Notes under the pieces: model-generated
What the model was told of the DNA's origin: nothing
Seen by the model: the letters and a program-made list of their open reading frames with translations, nothing else
Database searches by the model: none
From: Fidelibacterota bacterium
GTDB lineage: Bacteria > Fidelibacterota > Fidelibacteria > Fidelibacterales > Fidelibacteraceae
Assembly (NCBI GenBank): GCA_034723415.1
Contig: JAYEOX010000134.1
Location: 3,512-22,250, forward strand
Length of the DNA stretch: 18,739 nt
Direction of reading: 5' to 3'
Shown: in pieces, positions 6,979 to 15,970 of the stretch
Layout: each line of letters starts with the position of its first letter
How positions within the stretch are numbered: position 1 is the first letter of the stretch
Position numbers and translations under genes: made by a program

Positions 6979-7254
6979 ATGATAGAAAAAGAATTTGAAA
7001 TATTGAATCATCAAGGATTACATGCAAGACCCGCGACAGCATTGGTAAGTTTAGCATCAAAATTTGAATCTGAAGTTTTTCTAATTCGAGATGATAAAAA
7101 AATAAATGCAAAATCGATTTTGGGTGTTTTAGTATTAGCTGCTGAGCATGGAAGTAAATTAAAAGTTCAAACAAGCGGTGAAGATGAAGAAAAAGCAGCA
7201 GATGCAATAATTGAATTATCAAAAGATCATTTTGGTATGGATGAAAAGGATTGA
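6979..7254 (+). CDS. ptsH: Phosphocarrier protein HPr
   Basis: GLHARPA with His15 and INAKSILG with Ser46; 91 aa. Confidence 0.96.
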   Translation: MIEKEFEILNHQGLHARPATALVSLASKFESEVFLIRDDKKINAKSILGVLVLAAEHGSKLKVQTSGEDEEKAADAIIELSKDHFGMDEKD

Positions 7255-7297
7255 TAAGTGATAAGTGAGAATTTTAAATTTAATGAAAGGGTGATAT

Positions 7298-9118
7298 ATG
7301 TCAAAAAATAATAATAATTCTCAAAAAGAATTGCAGAATAAAGATAATTTGCATGGAATTGCGGCTTCACCCGGAATTGCAATTGGTAAAGCATGTATAA
7401 AAGTTTCTAAAAACACCCTAAATATTGCTAAAAGTAAAATAGATAAATCTCAAATAAATAATGAAATTAATAGATTGAAAATTGCAATAAAAGAAGTAAC
7501 TAATGAGTTAGAAGATATTCAACAAAAAATATTGGAAAAATATGGAAAAGAATATCGTGATATAATTGATTCGCAAATTTCTATTTTAAATGATAGTGAA
7601 ATCGAAAAAGAAATTTTTGAATATATTTCAGAAAATTTATTGAATATTGAATTTGTGTATAATTTTATTATTACTCAATATATTGAATTATTAGAAAATA
7701 GTCAATCGGAATTTTTTCGGGAAAGAATATCAGATATTCGTGAAGTAAAAAATAGAGTGCTACATAAATTACTATCAAATGATGAGTCAATTTCAAATAA
7801 GTTGGAACAAGATGAGCCAAAAATCTATATTGCCAAATATCTCACACCAAATGATATTATTATTCATTCGTCTGAAAATATTGTGGGATTTGCTGCAGAA
7901 GAGGGCGGCTTAACTTCACATGTTTCCATTTTGGCAAGAACATTGGATATTCCTATGGTATTGGGAATAAACAGAGTTACAAATATTGTTAAACAAAATG
8001 AAAATATTGTTCTAAATGCAAATACAGGTATGTTAATTAAAAATCCAGGAAGTGATAAAGTTAAAGAATATAGAAAAGAGCAGAAAAAACATTTTGAAAT
8101 TGAAAAATTATTTATTAAACACAAAAATGATCCAATAATCACAAAAGATGGTAAAAAAATACGTTTAGCTGCCAATATTAATCTTCCGGTTGAATTGGGT
8201 ATGTTAAAAAAATATGGTGGAGATGGAATTGGATTATATCGCACGGAATATTTGTATTTAATGAAAAATAATCTACCGACAGAAAATGAATTGTTTCACG
8301 AATATTCTCATATTGTAAAACAGCTGCCAAATAAAGAAATAGCAATTCGGACAATTGATCTTGGTGGTGATAAGATGTATTTAAAATTTGGGAAGGAGCT
8401 TTCTAAAGAACGAAATCCCTTTATGGGGTATAGAGCTATTCGTATATGTTTAGATAAGCCGGAAATATTTATTACTCAATTGAAAGCAATATTAAGGGCA
8501 TCTTACTATGGAAAAGTAAAGATAATGATACCAATGATTTCAACAATTGAAGAAGTATTAAGTGCAAAAAAATATATTCAAAAAGCAAAAGAAATTTTAA
8601 GAAAAGATAAAAAACACTTTGATGAAAATATCAAAGTGGGAATTTTAGTTGAGACACCTTCAGCTTCATTTTTAGCAAATCGACTTGCTAAAGAAGTTGA
8701 TTATTTTTCAATAGGAACTAATGATCTTACACAATATTTGTTAGCAGTTGATCGCGGAAACGAAAAAATAAATGAATTATTTTGTCATTTTGACCCTGTA
8801 GTTATTGCCGCAATAAGATGGATCGTAAAGGGAGCGAAAACAAATGGAATAACAACAACTATTTGTGGTGAAATGGCAAGTGATCCGATTGCCACTATGT
8901 TATTAGTCGGTTTAGGAATTGATATATTAAGTGTCAGTCCAATATTCCTTGGTCCCGTTAGAACTGTTATTAGAAATATATCATATAAAGAATCTAAAAA
9001 ATTTGCTGACAAGGTTTTAAAAATGGAAACTCGTCAAGAAATAAAAAACGCAATAAAAAGCGAATTTTATAAAATATTTCCAGACTGGGAGAAGAATTAT
9101 GGAAGTTTGCTAAACTGA
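7298..9118 (+). CDS. ptsI: Phosphoenolpyruvate-protein phosphotransferase (PTS enzyme I)
   Basis: GIAASPGIAIG, GGLTSHVSILAR phospho-His motif, GIGLYRTEYL, RTIDLGGDK, E.NPFMGYRAIR, SIGTNDLTQY, ICGEMA. No N-terminal GAF domain. Confidence 0.96.
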   Translation: MSKNNNNSQKELQNKDNLHGIAASPGIAIGKACIKVSKNTLNIAKSKIDKSQINNEINRLKIAIKEVTNELEDIQQKILEKYGKEYRDIIDSQISILNDSEIEKEIFEYISENLLNIEFVYNFIITQYIELLENSQSEFFRERISDIREVKNRVLHKLLSNDESISNKLEQDEPKIYIAKYLTPNDIIIHSSENIVGFAAEEGGLTSHVSILARTLDIPMVLGINRVTNIVKQNENIVLNANTGMLIKNPGSDKVKEYRKEQKKHFEIEKLFIKHKNDPIITKDGKKIRLAANINLPVELGMLKKYGGDGIGLYRTEYLYLMKNNLPTENELFHEYSHIVKQLPNKEIAIRTIDLGGDKMYLKFGKELSKERNPFMGYRAIRICLDKPEIFITQLKAILRASYYGKVKIMIPMISTIEEVLSAKKYIQKAKEILRKDKKHFDENIKVGILVETPSASFLANRLAKEVDYFSIGTNDLTQYLLAVDRGNEKINELFCHFDPVVIAAIRWIVKGAKTNGITTTICGEMASDPIATMLLVGLGIDILSVSPIFLGPVRTVIRNISYKESKKFADKVLKMETRQEIKNAIKSEFYKIFPDWEKNYGSLLN

Positions 9119-9188
9119 TATTAAATAAGTATTTTGATAATAACAAAAAGAAAGCAATTTTTAAAATAATAAATAAGAGGAAAAATAA

Positions 9189-10094
9189 ATGTCAGTAGTG
9201 GTTGTTGGATCAGTGGCATTAGATAGCGTAGAAACACCTTTTGGAAAGATGGATGATTCCATTGGTGGTTCTGCAACTTATTTTAGTATAGCTGGTTGCC
9301 GTTTTTCAAATATTAATTTAGTTGGTATTGTCGGACGAGATTTTCCACAAATTGGTCTTGAATTATTTAAATCAAAAAATATAAATATAGATGGATTGGA
9401 AATAATTGATGGAAAAACATTCAGATGGGGTGGACGATATAAGTTGAATATGAATGAAAGAGACACTTTATTTACAGAATTAAATGTTTTTGAAAAATTT
9501 AAACCAAAATTACCAAATGCTTATAAAGATAGTGAAATACTTTTTTTAGGAAATATCCATCCGGAATTGCAATTAGATGTTCTTAAACAAATGAATAAAA
9601 ATTCTCTCGTTATACTTGATACTATGAATTTATGGATTGAAATTGGTCGTGAAAAATTATTAGAAGTAATAAATAAATCTGATGTTGTAATTATTAATGA
9701 AGATGAAGTTAGACAATTAATGGGCAATTCGGATGTATATAAATCGGCAAAAATGATGTTAAAATTGAAACCGAAAATACTTATAATAAAGAAAGGTAAA
9801 AATGGAGCTATATTATATTTTAAAAATAAAATGTTTATTTTGCCATCTTTCCCTATTGATAAAGTTGTAGATCCAACTGGAGCAGGAGATAGTTTTGCAG
9901 GCGGATTCGTTGCTTATTTGGATTCGTTAAAGAAAAATAATTTAACATTTTTCGATTATAAAATGGCAATGATTCATGGAACTGTAATGGCATCGTTTTT
10001 AGTTGAATCATTTTCAATTAATAAACTTATAGAAATTACAGACGATGATATAAGAAATCGTGTAGAAAAGATGGTAAAATTAATCTCAATTTAA
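9189..10094 (+). CDS. PfkB/ribokinase-family carbohydrate or nucleoside kinase
   Basis: VVGSVALD, GGSA, NEDE, KKGKNGA and DPTGAGDSFAGGF PfkB signature. AAGAGGA RBS. Confidence 0.92.
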   Translation: MSVVVVGSVALDSVETPFGKMDDSIGGSATYFSIAGCRFSNINLVGIVGRDFPQIGLELFKSKNINIDGLEIIDGKTFRWGGRYKLNMNERDTLFTELNVFEKFKPKLPNAYKDSEILFLGNIHPELQLDVLKQMNKNSLVILDTMNLWIEIGREKLLEVINKSDVVIINEDEVRQLMGNSDVYKSAKMMLKLKPKILIIKKGKNGAILYFKNKMFILPSFPIDKVVDPTGAGDSFAGGFVAYLDSLKKNNLTFFDYKMAMIHGTVMASFLVESFSINKLIEITDDDIRNRVEKMVKLISI

Positions 10095-10143
10095 TAAACA
10101 TACACATAACATACTGATATAAATACAGTTAAGGGAAATGTTA

Positions 10144-10175
10144 ACCAAATTATTACAAAATCATTTGGTATTTTT
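10144..10175. terminator. Possible weak hairpin terminator between convergent pfkB and rnc
   Basis: ACCAAAT (10144-10150) / ATTTGGT (10163-10169) stem with a 12-nt loop, followed by ATTTTT. The stem is AT-rich and weak. Confidence 0.25.
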
Positions 10176-10929
10176 AAAATGTTAATTTATTTAATGCCTT
10201 TTTAGCTGCTAATTGCTCTGCATATTTTTTTGTCTTTGCAAAGCTGGAACTGTAGAATTTATTGTCTATATAAACACTTATTTCGAAGTTTTTTCCATGT
10301 GCCGGACCATCTTCGTTTGTAACAACAAATTCTGGATTATTAATATTATGCTTTTGACAATATTCTAGTAATTGACCTTTATAATTCTGAATATCCGGTA
10401 ATGGGATCAATGCTTCATGTTTAGAAAGTAATGTATTGGAAATAAATTTATTTGCTTCTTTCCATTTTCCATCTAAATATAATGCACCAATAAATGATTC
10501 ATAAATATCGCTTAATATTGAGTTTAAATTTCTAATGTTGTCTTTTTCGGCTCCTTTACTTATTCTTAAAAGCCGACTAAATCCAAGTTGTTTAGAGACC
10601 CTTGACAATGTAATCTTATTTACTAATTTAGATCGCATCTTTGTCAAATCACCTTCAGGAAGCTCAGGATAGTTATTAAATAAGTATTTTGTTACTGCTA
10701 ATTCCAAAACAGCGTCACCTAAAAATTCTAATCGTTCATAACTTGAATTTCTATCCTCTGGAGAATCAATACCTGATGTATGAAGAAATGCCTGATATAT
10801 CAATTCCGGGCTATGAAAACGATAAGGATGAATATCATAGACCTTTCTTAATAATCTTTTTGACTTACGATAAACTACAAATTTATAGAAATTATTAAAG
10901 TATTTAATTGGTTTTTTAAATAGTTTCAT
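10174..10929 (-). CDS. rnc: Ribonuclease III
   Basis: AFLHTS, YERLEFLGDAVL signature, EGDLTKMRS, D.YESFIGALYLD, and a C-terminal dsRBD (NYKGQLLEYCQ, GPAH, KKYAEQLAA). Confidence 0.96.
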   Translation of the reverse strand: MKLFKKPIKYFNNFYKFVVYRKSKRLLRKVYDIHPYRFHSPELIYQAFLHTSGIDSPEDRNSSYERLEFLGDAVLELAVTKYLFNNYPELPEGDLTKMRSKLVNKITLSRVSKQLGFSRLLRISKGAEKDNIRNLNSILSDIYESFIGALYLDGKWKEANKFISNTLLSKHEALIPLPDIQNYKGQLLEYCQKHNINNPEFVVTNEDGPAHGKNFEISVYIDNKFYSSSFAKTKKYAEQLAAKKALNKLTF

Positions 10930-10957
10930 TATAGTAAATTGTAATTAATAGAACGAT

Positions 10958-12193
10958 TTATATTTTTTTAAATACAAGTGTAGAATTATGTCCACCAAAT
11001 CCAAAAGTATTAGACAATACTGCATTAACCTGCCTGCTTATTTTTTTATTAGGCGTATAGTTAAGATCACATTCCGGATCTGGATTTTTTAAATTAATTG
11101 TTGGTGGAATAATATTATTTTCGATCGCCTTGATAGAAACAATTGCTTCAACTGCTCCGGTAGCACCGAGCATGTGCCCGGTCATTGATTTTGTAGAACT
11201 AATTGCAATATCTTTTGCATTTTTTCCGAATACTGATTTAATTGCTTTTGTTTCAATTTTGTCGTTGAATGGGGTAGAGGTACCATGAGCATTGATGTAT
11301 GAAATATCATTCGGTTTCAAATTCCCATCATTTAACGCCATTTCCATTGATCTGATCGCTCCATCTCCATTTTCTGAAGGTGCAGTAACATGAAATGCAT
11401 CAGCAGTCATTCCGGCTCCAACGATTTCTCCGTAGATCTTTGCATTTCTTCTTTTTGCATGCTTATATTCTTCAAGAACCAAAATTCCCGAGCCTTCGGC
11501 AATAACAAATCCATCACGCATTTTATCAAAAGGGCGGGAAGCTGTTTTGTAATCATCATTTCTTGTACTTAGTGCCTTCATTTGAGTAAAACCCGATACT
11601 CCTAATGGAGAAATTGTAGCTTCAGCACCTCCAGCAACAACAACATCTGCATCACCATAACGAATGTGTCTTAATGCTAATGCAATTGAATGATTGGATG
11701 AAGCACAAGCAGAAGCAACTGAATAGTTTATTCCTTTAAATCCGTATTTTATTGAGACATGACCAGCGGCAATATTAGAAATTAATTTTGGAACAAGGAA
11801 TGGTGATACTCTTTTCGGACCTTTATTATGTAAAACCATTCTTTCTCGTTCTAAAGTATGAAGTCCACCAATTCCTGAAGCAATTATTACACCGACTCTA
11901 TTTTTATCAAGCTTTTCAAGATCAAAATTTGCATTTTTTACTGCTTCGTCTGAGGCAATAAGAGCAAATTGAGTAAATCTATCTAATTTTCGCATCTCTT
12001 TTCTAGAAAAATAATCTTTTAGATTAATATCAGATACTTCACCAGCAAAATGTACTGCATAATCACTTGTATCAAATTGAGTAATTGGACCTATTCCATT
12101 GTAACCATTTTGAATATTTTTCCAAAATTTGTCTATTTCTGTACCAACTGGTGAGGTTACTCCCATACCAGTAATAACGACTCTTTTTTTCAT
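10958..12193 (-). CDS. fabF: 3-oxoacyl-ACP synthase II
   Basis: RVVITGMG, SACAS catalytic Cys, NAHGTST, STKSMTGHMLGA, SNTFGFGGHN. Confidence 0.97.
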   Translation of the reverse strand: MKKRVVITGMGVTSPVGTEIDKFWKNIQNGYNGIGPITQFDTSDYAVHFAGEVSDINLKDYFSRKEMRKLDRFTQFALIASDEAVKNANFDLEKLDKNRVGVIIASGIGGLHTLERERMVLHNKGPKRVSPFLVPKLISNIAAGHVSIKYGFKGINYSVASACASSNHSIALALRHIRYGDADVVVAGGAEATISPLGVSGFTQMKALSTRNDDYKTASRPFDKMRDGFVIAEGSGILVLEEYKHAKRRNAKIYGEIVGAGMTADAFHVTAPSENGDGAIRSMEMALNDGNLKPNDISYINAHGTSTPFNDKIETKAIKSVFGKNAKDIAISSTKSMTGHMLGATGAVEAIVSIKAIENNIIPPTINLKNPDPECDLNYTPNKKISRQVNAVLSNTFGFGGHNSTLVFKKI

Positions 12194-12199
12194 ATTATA

Positions 12200-12439
12200 T
12201 TATTCTACATTTTTTTCTATATAATCTAAAGCATCTCCAACAGTTTTTAATTTTTCTGCATCTTCATCTTCAATAGAAATTTCAAATTCATCTTCTAATG
12301 ACATGATCAATTCTACTGTGTCTAAAGAATCTGCTCCAAGATCATCAATAAATGATGCTTCTTTTGTTACTTTGCTTTCGTCAACATCCAACTTGTCAAC
12401 AACTAATTCTTTTAATTGATCAAATGATACTTTTGCCAT
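12200..12439 (-). CDS. acpP: Acyl carrier protein
   Basis: [14 protein letters not shown] phosphopantetheine site; acidic, 79 aa; AAGGGAG RBS. Confidence 0.97.
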   Translation of the reverse strand: MAKVSFDQLKELVVDKLDVDESKVTKEASFIDDLGADSLDTVELIMSLEDEFEISIEDEDAEKLKTVGDALDYIEKNVE

Positions 12440-12503
12440 TTTAAACTCCCTTCTGTTAATGTTAATTTTTAATTTTTTATTATTTTTAAACTACTAAACT
12501 TTT

Positions 12504-13250
12504 TCAAATTGTCATTCCGCCATCTACAATTAATGTTTGTCCTGTAATATAATCTGATAGGGAAGAGGCTAAAAATAATGCTGTATTTGCAATATCTTCA
12601 GTTTTTCCCAGTCGTTTTAATAAGATTGCATCAATTAATTGTCCTTTTGCTTTTTCTTTCAAATTTTTTGTCATTGCTGTATCAATAAAACCAGGTGCAA
12701 TTGCATTTACTCTAATATTTCTGCTTGCAAATTCCTTTGCTAATGATTTTGTTATTCCGATTATACCGGCTTTTGAAGCAGAATAATTTGCCTGTCCTGC
12801 ATTTCCGGTAATTCCGACAACAGATGAAATATTAATTATATTTCCTGACTTAGCTTTCATCATATATCTTCCTGCAATTTTGGAAGTAAGAAAAACACTT
12901 TTCAAGTTAGTATTAATTACATTATCCCAATCATTTTCCTTCATTCGAATAATAAGATTATCTCTTGTTATTCCGGCACAATTTATTAGAATATCTATTT
13001 TATCAAATTTTTCTATTGTTTTCTTTACAATATTTGTTACCGAATCAGCATTTGAAACATCAGATACGACTGATAAGACATTTTCACTATCATTAAATTT
13101 TTTATTAACTGTGAAGAGTGTATTTTCATCAATATCAGTAATAACAATTTTTGCACCGTTTTTGTGGAAAGTTTTAGCAATTTCTAAACCGATTCCTCTA
13201 CTTGCTCCGGTAACAATTGCAATTTTACCTTGTAAATTTGTTTTATTCAC
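12504..13250 (-). CDS. fabG: 3-oxoacyl-ACP reductase
   Basis: TGASRGIG, AGITRD, YSASK, VNAIAPGFI, VDGGM. GTG start overlapping the fabD stop. Confidence 0.96.
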   Translation of the reverse strand: MNKTNLQGKIAIVTGASRGIGLEIAKTFHKNGAKIVITDIDENTLFTVNKKFNDSENVLSVVSDVSNADSVTNIVKKTIEKFDKIDILINCAGITRDNLIIRMKENDWDNVINTNLKSVFLTSKIAGRYMMKAKSGNIINISSVVGITGNAGQANYSASKAGIIGITKSLAKEFASRNIRVNAIAPGFIDTAMTKNLKEKAKGQLIDAILLKRLGKTEDIANTALFLASSLSDYITGQTLIVDGGMTI

Positions 13251-14166
13251 CTGTTATCCTCTCTATATCTTCACTATTTGCAATACCTTCAAGGGTACTT
13301 TCAGGATCAATTCTTTTAATCAAGCCACGCAACACCTTACCCGGACCAACCTCAATAAATCTTTCAATTCCATCATTTCTCATGTTTTTAATTGTATCCA
13401 ACCATAATACCGGATTTTCAATTTGTTTGATCAGATTTTCTTTAAGTTTTGGAATAGAATTACAACTTTGAGCATCTACATTTGCATAAATTGGTATTTT
13501 AGGCTTTTTGAAACTAACTGTATTAATTGTTTTTGCTAATACCTCGGTAGCATGTTTCATTAAAGGGGAATGAAAAGCGCCGCTAACTTCCAATTCAACA
13601 GCGATTTTTGCACCAAGATCTTTTGCATATTTCATTGCTGATTGAACAGCATTTTTTTCACCGGAAATTGCTATCTGATGTGGTGAATTAATATTAGCGA
13701 TCTTTACAAGTCCAAATTCTGATGCCTTTTCACATGCTTCTAATATCTTATCTTTATTCAATTTTATTATGGCTGCCATTGTTCCCGGATTTTGTTCTCC
13801 GGCATATTGCATACTTTCTCCACGCTCTTTAACTAATTTCAATCCGTTTTCAAATGAAAATACATCAATAGAATATAACGCAGAATACTCTCCTAAGCTA
13901 TGCCCGGCAACTGTATCAAAAGTAACAGAATTTTCTTTTAAAATGTGAGTTATGATAGAAGATACAACATAAAGTGCCGGCTGAGTTATTTTTGTTTGTG
14001 TTAATTCACTAATTGGTCCTTCAAAACAAATTTTAGCCAGATCAAATCCAAGAATATCTTCTGCAATTTTAAACATTTTTTTGGCAATATCATAATTTTG
14101 ATATAGATCTTTCCCCATTCCAACTTTTTGAGAAGCCTGCCCAGGAAAAACTAATGCTGTTTTCAT
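13243..14166 (-). CDS. fabD: Malonyl-CoA:ACP transacylase
   Basis: FPGQ, TQPAL, GHSLGEYSAL, VSGAFHSPLM, EVGPGKVL. Confidence 0.97.
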   Translation of the reverse strand: MKTALVFPGQASQKVGMGKDLYQNYDIAKKMFKIAEDILGFDLAKICFEGPISELTQTKITQPALYVVSSIITHILKENSVTFDTVAGHSLGEYSALYSIDVFSFENGLKLVKERGESMQYAGEQNPGTMAAIIKLNKDKILEACEKASEFGLVKIANINSPHQIAISGEKNAVQSAMKYAKDLGAKIAVELEVSGAFHSPLMKHATEVLAKTINTVSFKKPKIPIYANVDAQSCNSIPKLKENLIKQIENPVLWLDTIKNMRNDGIERFIEVGPGKVLRGLIKRIDPESTLEGIANSEDIERITGE

Positions 14167-14167
14167 A

Positions 14168-15163
14168 TTAAATACCCCATCTTATTAAGCTACTTCCCCA
14201 AGTAAATCCACCACCAAATGCACCAAGTAATAATAAATCATATTTTATTAATCTTTTTTCTTGCATGGCATCGTAAATTCCTAAAGGAATTGTAGCAGCT
14301 GTTGTATTTCCATATTTATCTATATTAATGTACACATTTTCTGTATTAAGTTTTAGCCTTTTCCCAACTGCTTCAATTATTCTTTTATTAGCCTGATGGG
14401 GAATAAATAATGAAACATCTTTGCTTGTAAAATTGTGTTTTTCTAGAATGTCTTTTGATACCTGTGTCATATATTTTACAGCAAATTTATAGACGGGCCT
14501 TCCATCTTGATAAATATAGTGCATTTTCTTATCTACTGTTTCATGAGTTGATGGATTTAAACTTCCTCCACCTGGCATATACAACAGATCTCTTCCTGAT
14601 CCATCTGTATGTAAAATTGTGTCAATTATCCCAGTATCTGTTTTTGATTCTTCTAAAAGAACTGCACCTGCTCCATCTCCAAATAATACACAAATATTCC
14701 TATTCGTATAATCACTAATAGTACTCATTTCATCTGCACCAACGACAAGTACTTTTTTTGCCATTCCGGATTTAATAAAACTTTCACCTGTTTTTAAAGC
14801 ATATAAAAATCCACTACATGCAGCAGAAATATCAAACCCAAAGGCATGTTTTATATTTAAGTTATCTAATGTAATTGCCGCTGTAGAAGGGAAAAACATA
14901 TCCGGACTTACAGTAGCCAATACCAGTGCGTCAATTTCATCAGGAGAAATATTATATTCTTCAAATAGATTCTCAATTGCTTTCGTTGCTAATGCAGAAG
15001 TGGGTTCATTCCTTTCAGAGATATGTCTCTCTTTTATTCCGGTTCTCGTAGTGATCCATTCGTCATTGGTATCAACCATTTTTTCTAGATCTTTGTTAGT
15101 TAATATTTTTTCAGGAACATATTTACCAACAGCTGATATATCAATTAATTTTTCATTTGACAT
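14168..15163 (-). CDS. fabH: 3-oxoacyl-ACP synthase III
   Basis: WITTRTGI, DISAACSGF, FGDGAGA, PHQANKRI, YGNT, AFGGGFTWG. Confidence 0.96.
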   Translation of the reverse strand: MSNEKLIDISAVGKYVPEKILTNKDLEKMVDTNDEWITTRTGIKERHISERNEPTSALATKAIENLFEEYNISPDEIDALVLATVSPDMFFPSTAAITLDNLNIKHAFGFDISAACSGFLYALKTGESFIKSGMAKKVLVVGADEMSTISDYTNRNICVLFGDGAGAVLLEESKTDTGIIDTILHTDGSGRDLLYMPGGGSLNPSTHETVDKKMHYIYQDGRPVYKFAVKYMTQVSKDILEKHNFTSKDVSLFIPHQANKRIIEAVGKRLKLNTENVYINIDKYGNTTAATIPLGIYDAMQEKRLIKYDLLLLGAFGGGFTWGSSLIRWGI

Positions 15164-15213
15164 TAATTAACACCATTTAAATTATAAATATTGATTAATA
15201 ATATTTTTTAGAT

Positions 15214-15390
15214 CTATTTTGTACTAATAACTTGTTTTCCGTCATAATAACCACAATTTGGACATACGTGATGTGGCAGTTTTGGTTGACTACAATTTGG
15301 ACATTTAGACACGTTTGGTGCCTTTAAATTGTAATGTGTTCTTCTTTTTGCTCCTCTTGAGTGTGATTGTCTTCTTTTTGGATTTGCCAT
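15214..15390 (-). CDS. rpmF: 50S ribosomal protein L32 (58 aa, four-Cys zinc-binding form; not in the ORF track)
   Basis: Manual translation MANPKRRQSHSRGAKRRTHYNLKAPNVSKCPNCSQPKLPHHVCPNCGYYDGKQVISTK*. GAGGA RBS; canonical position after yceD. Confidence 0.96.
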   Translation of the reverse strand: MANPKRRQSHSRGAKRRTHYNLKAPNVSKCPNCSQPKLPHHVCPNCGYYDGKQVISTK

Positions 15391-15906
15391 TTAATTCCTC
15401 TTTTCCTTTATTATTTTTTTAATTTCTTTCAATTTCTCTAATCTAGGGTCAATATTAACAAATTTATGTGAACATTCATAATAATTTTTATTTTTTCCAC
15501 AGATTGGACATAATCCCTTACAATTGGGCTTGCATTTTTTCTTAAGAGGGATATTAAGCAATATTGTATCTTTTATAAAATCATTAAAATCTATTTCATT
15601 GGCATTATTTTTAAGAATGATAAATTCATTATTATCAACATTATTTTCATCAAACATATTTTCAGGTATTATTATTAACTTAAATTCCTCAACAAAATCA
15701 GTTTGGTATTTCTCTAGGCATACATCACAAATTAATTCCAAAGAATATTTTATGTTCCCACGTGCAATAAATTTTCCGTTTAATTCATAAATAAATATTT
15801 TTGTTTGTACATCACTAATTAAATTATTTACACCAATAATTGTTGATGAATCTTTAAAATAAAATTTATTTTCATTGGTTGAAATATTTGATAGCTTTAT
15901 TTTCAT
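15391..15906 (-). CDS. yceD: DUF177/YceD family protein (23S rRNA accumulation)
   Basis: CDVCL and LNIPLKKKCKPNCKGLCPICGKNKN...DPRL..LK motifs; directly upstream of rpmF. Start moved to ATG 15906 because the track's TTG at 15942 is part of the -35 box. Confidence 0.9.
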   Translation of the reverse strand: MKIKLSNISTNENKFYFKDSSTIIGVNNLISDVQTKIFIYELNGKFIARGNIKYSLELICDVCLEKYQTDFVEEFKLIIIPENMFDENNVDNNEFIILKNNANEIDFNDFIKDTILLNIPLKKKCKPNCKGLCPICGKNKNYYECSHKFVNIDPRLEKLKEIKKIIKEKRN

Positions 15907-15913
15907 AAAAAGA

Positions 15914-15942
15914 AAGATAAAATATTTATTGTGTATTGTCAA
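15914..15942 (-). promoter_or_regulatory. Sigma70 promoter for the yceD-rpmF-fab operon
   Basis: Minus strand reads TTGACA (15942-15937), 17-bp spacer, TATCTT (15919-15914), 7 nt, then ATG (15906). Confidence 0.7.
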
Positions 15943-15970
15943 GCATAATAATAGAGATAAAAATATTTAA

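Noticed and set aside
7252..7268. TGATAAG-TGATAAG-TGA tandem at the ptsH stop
   Set aside because: Only about 2.4 copies of a 7-mer, compatible with chance or a local duplication.
12880..13407. 175-aa + strand ORF and the other short antisense or alternate-frame ORFs in the track
   Set aside because: They lie within well-supported genes, have no recognisable motifs, and are typical shadow ORFs.
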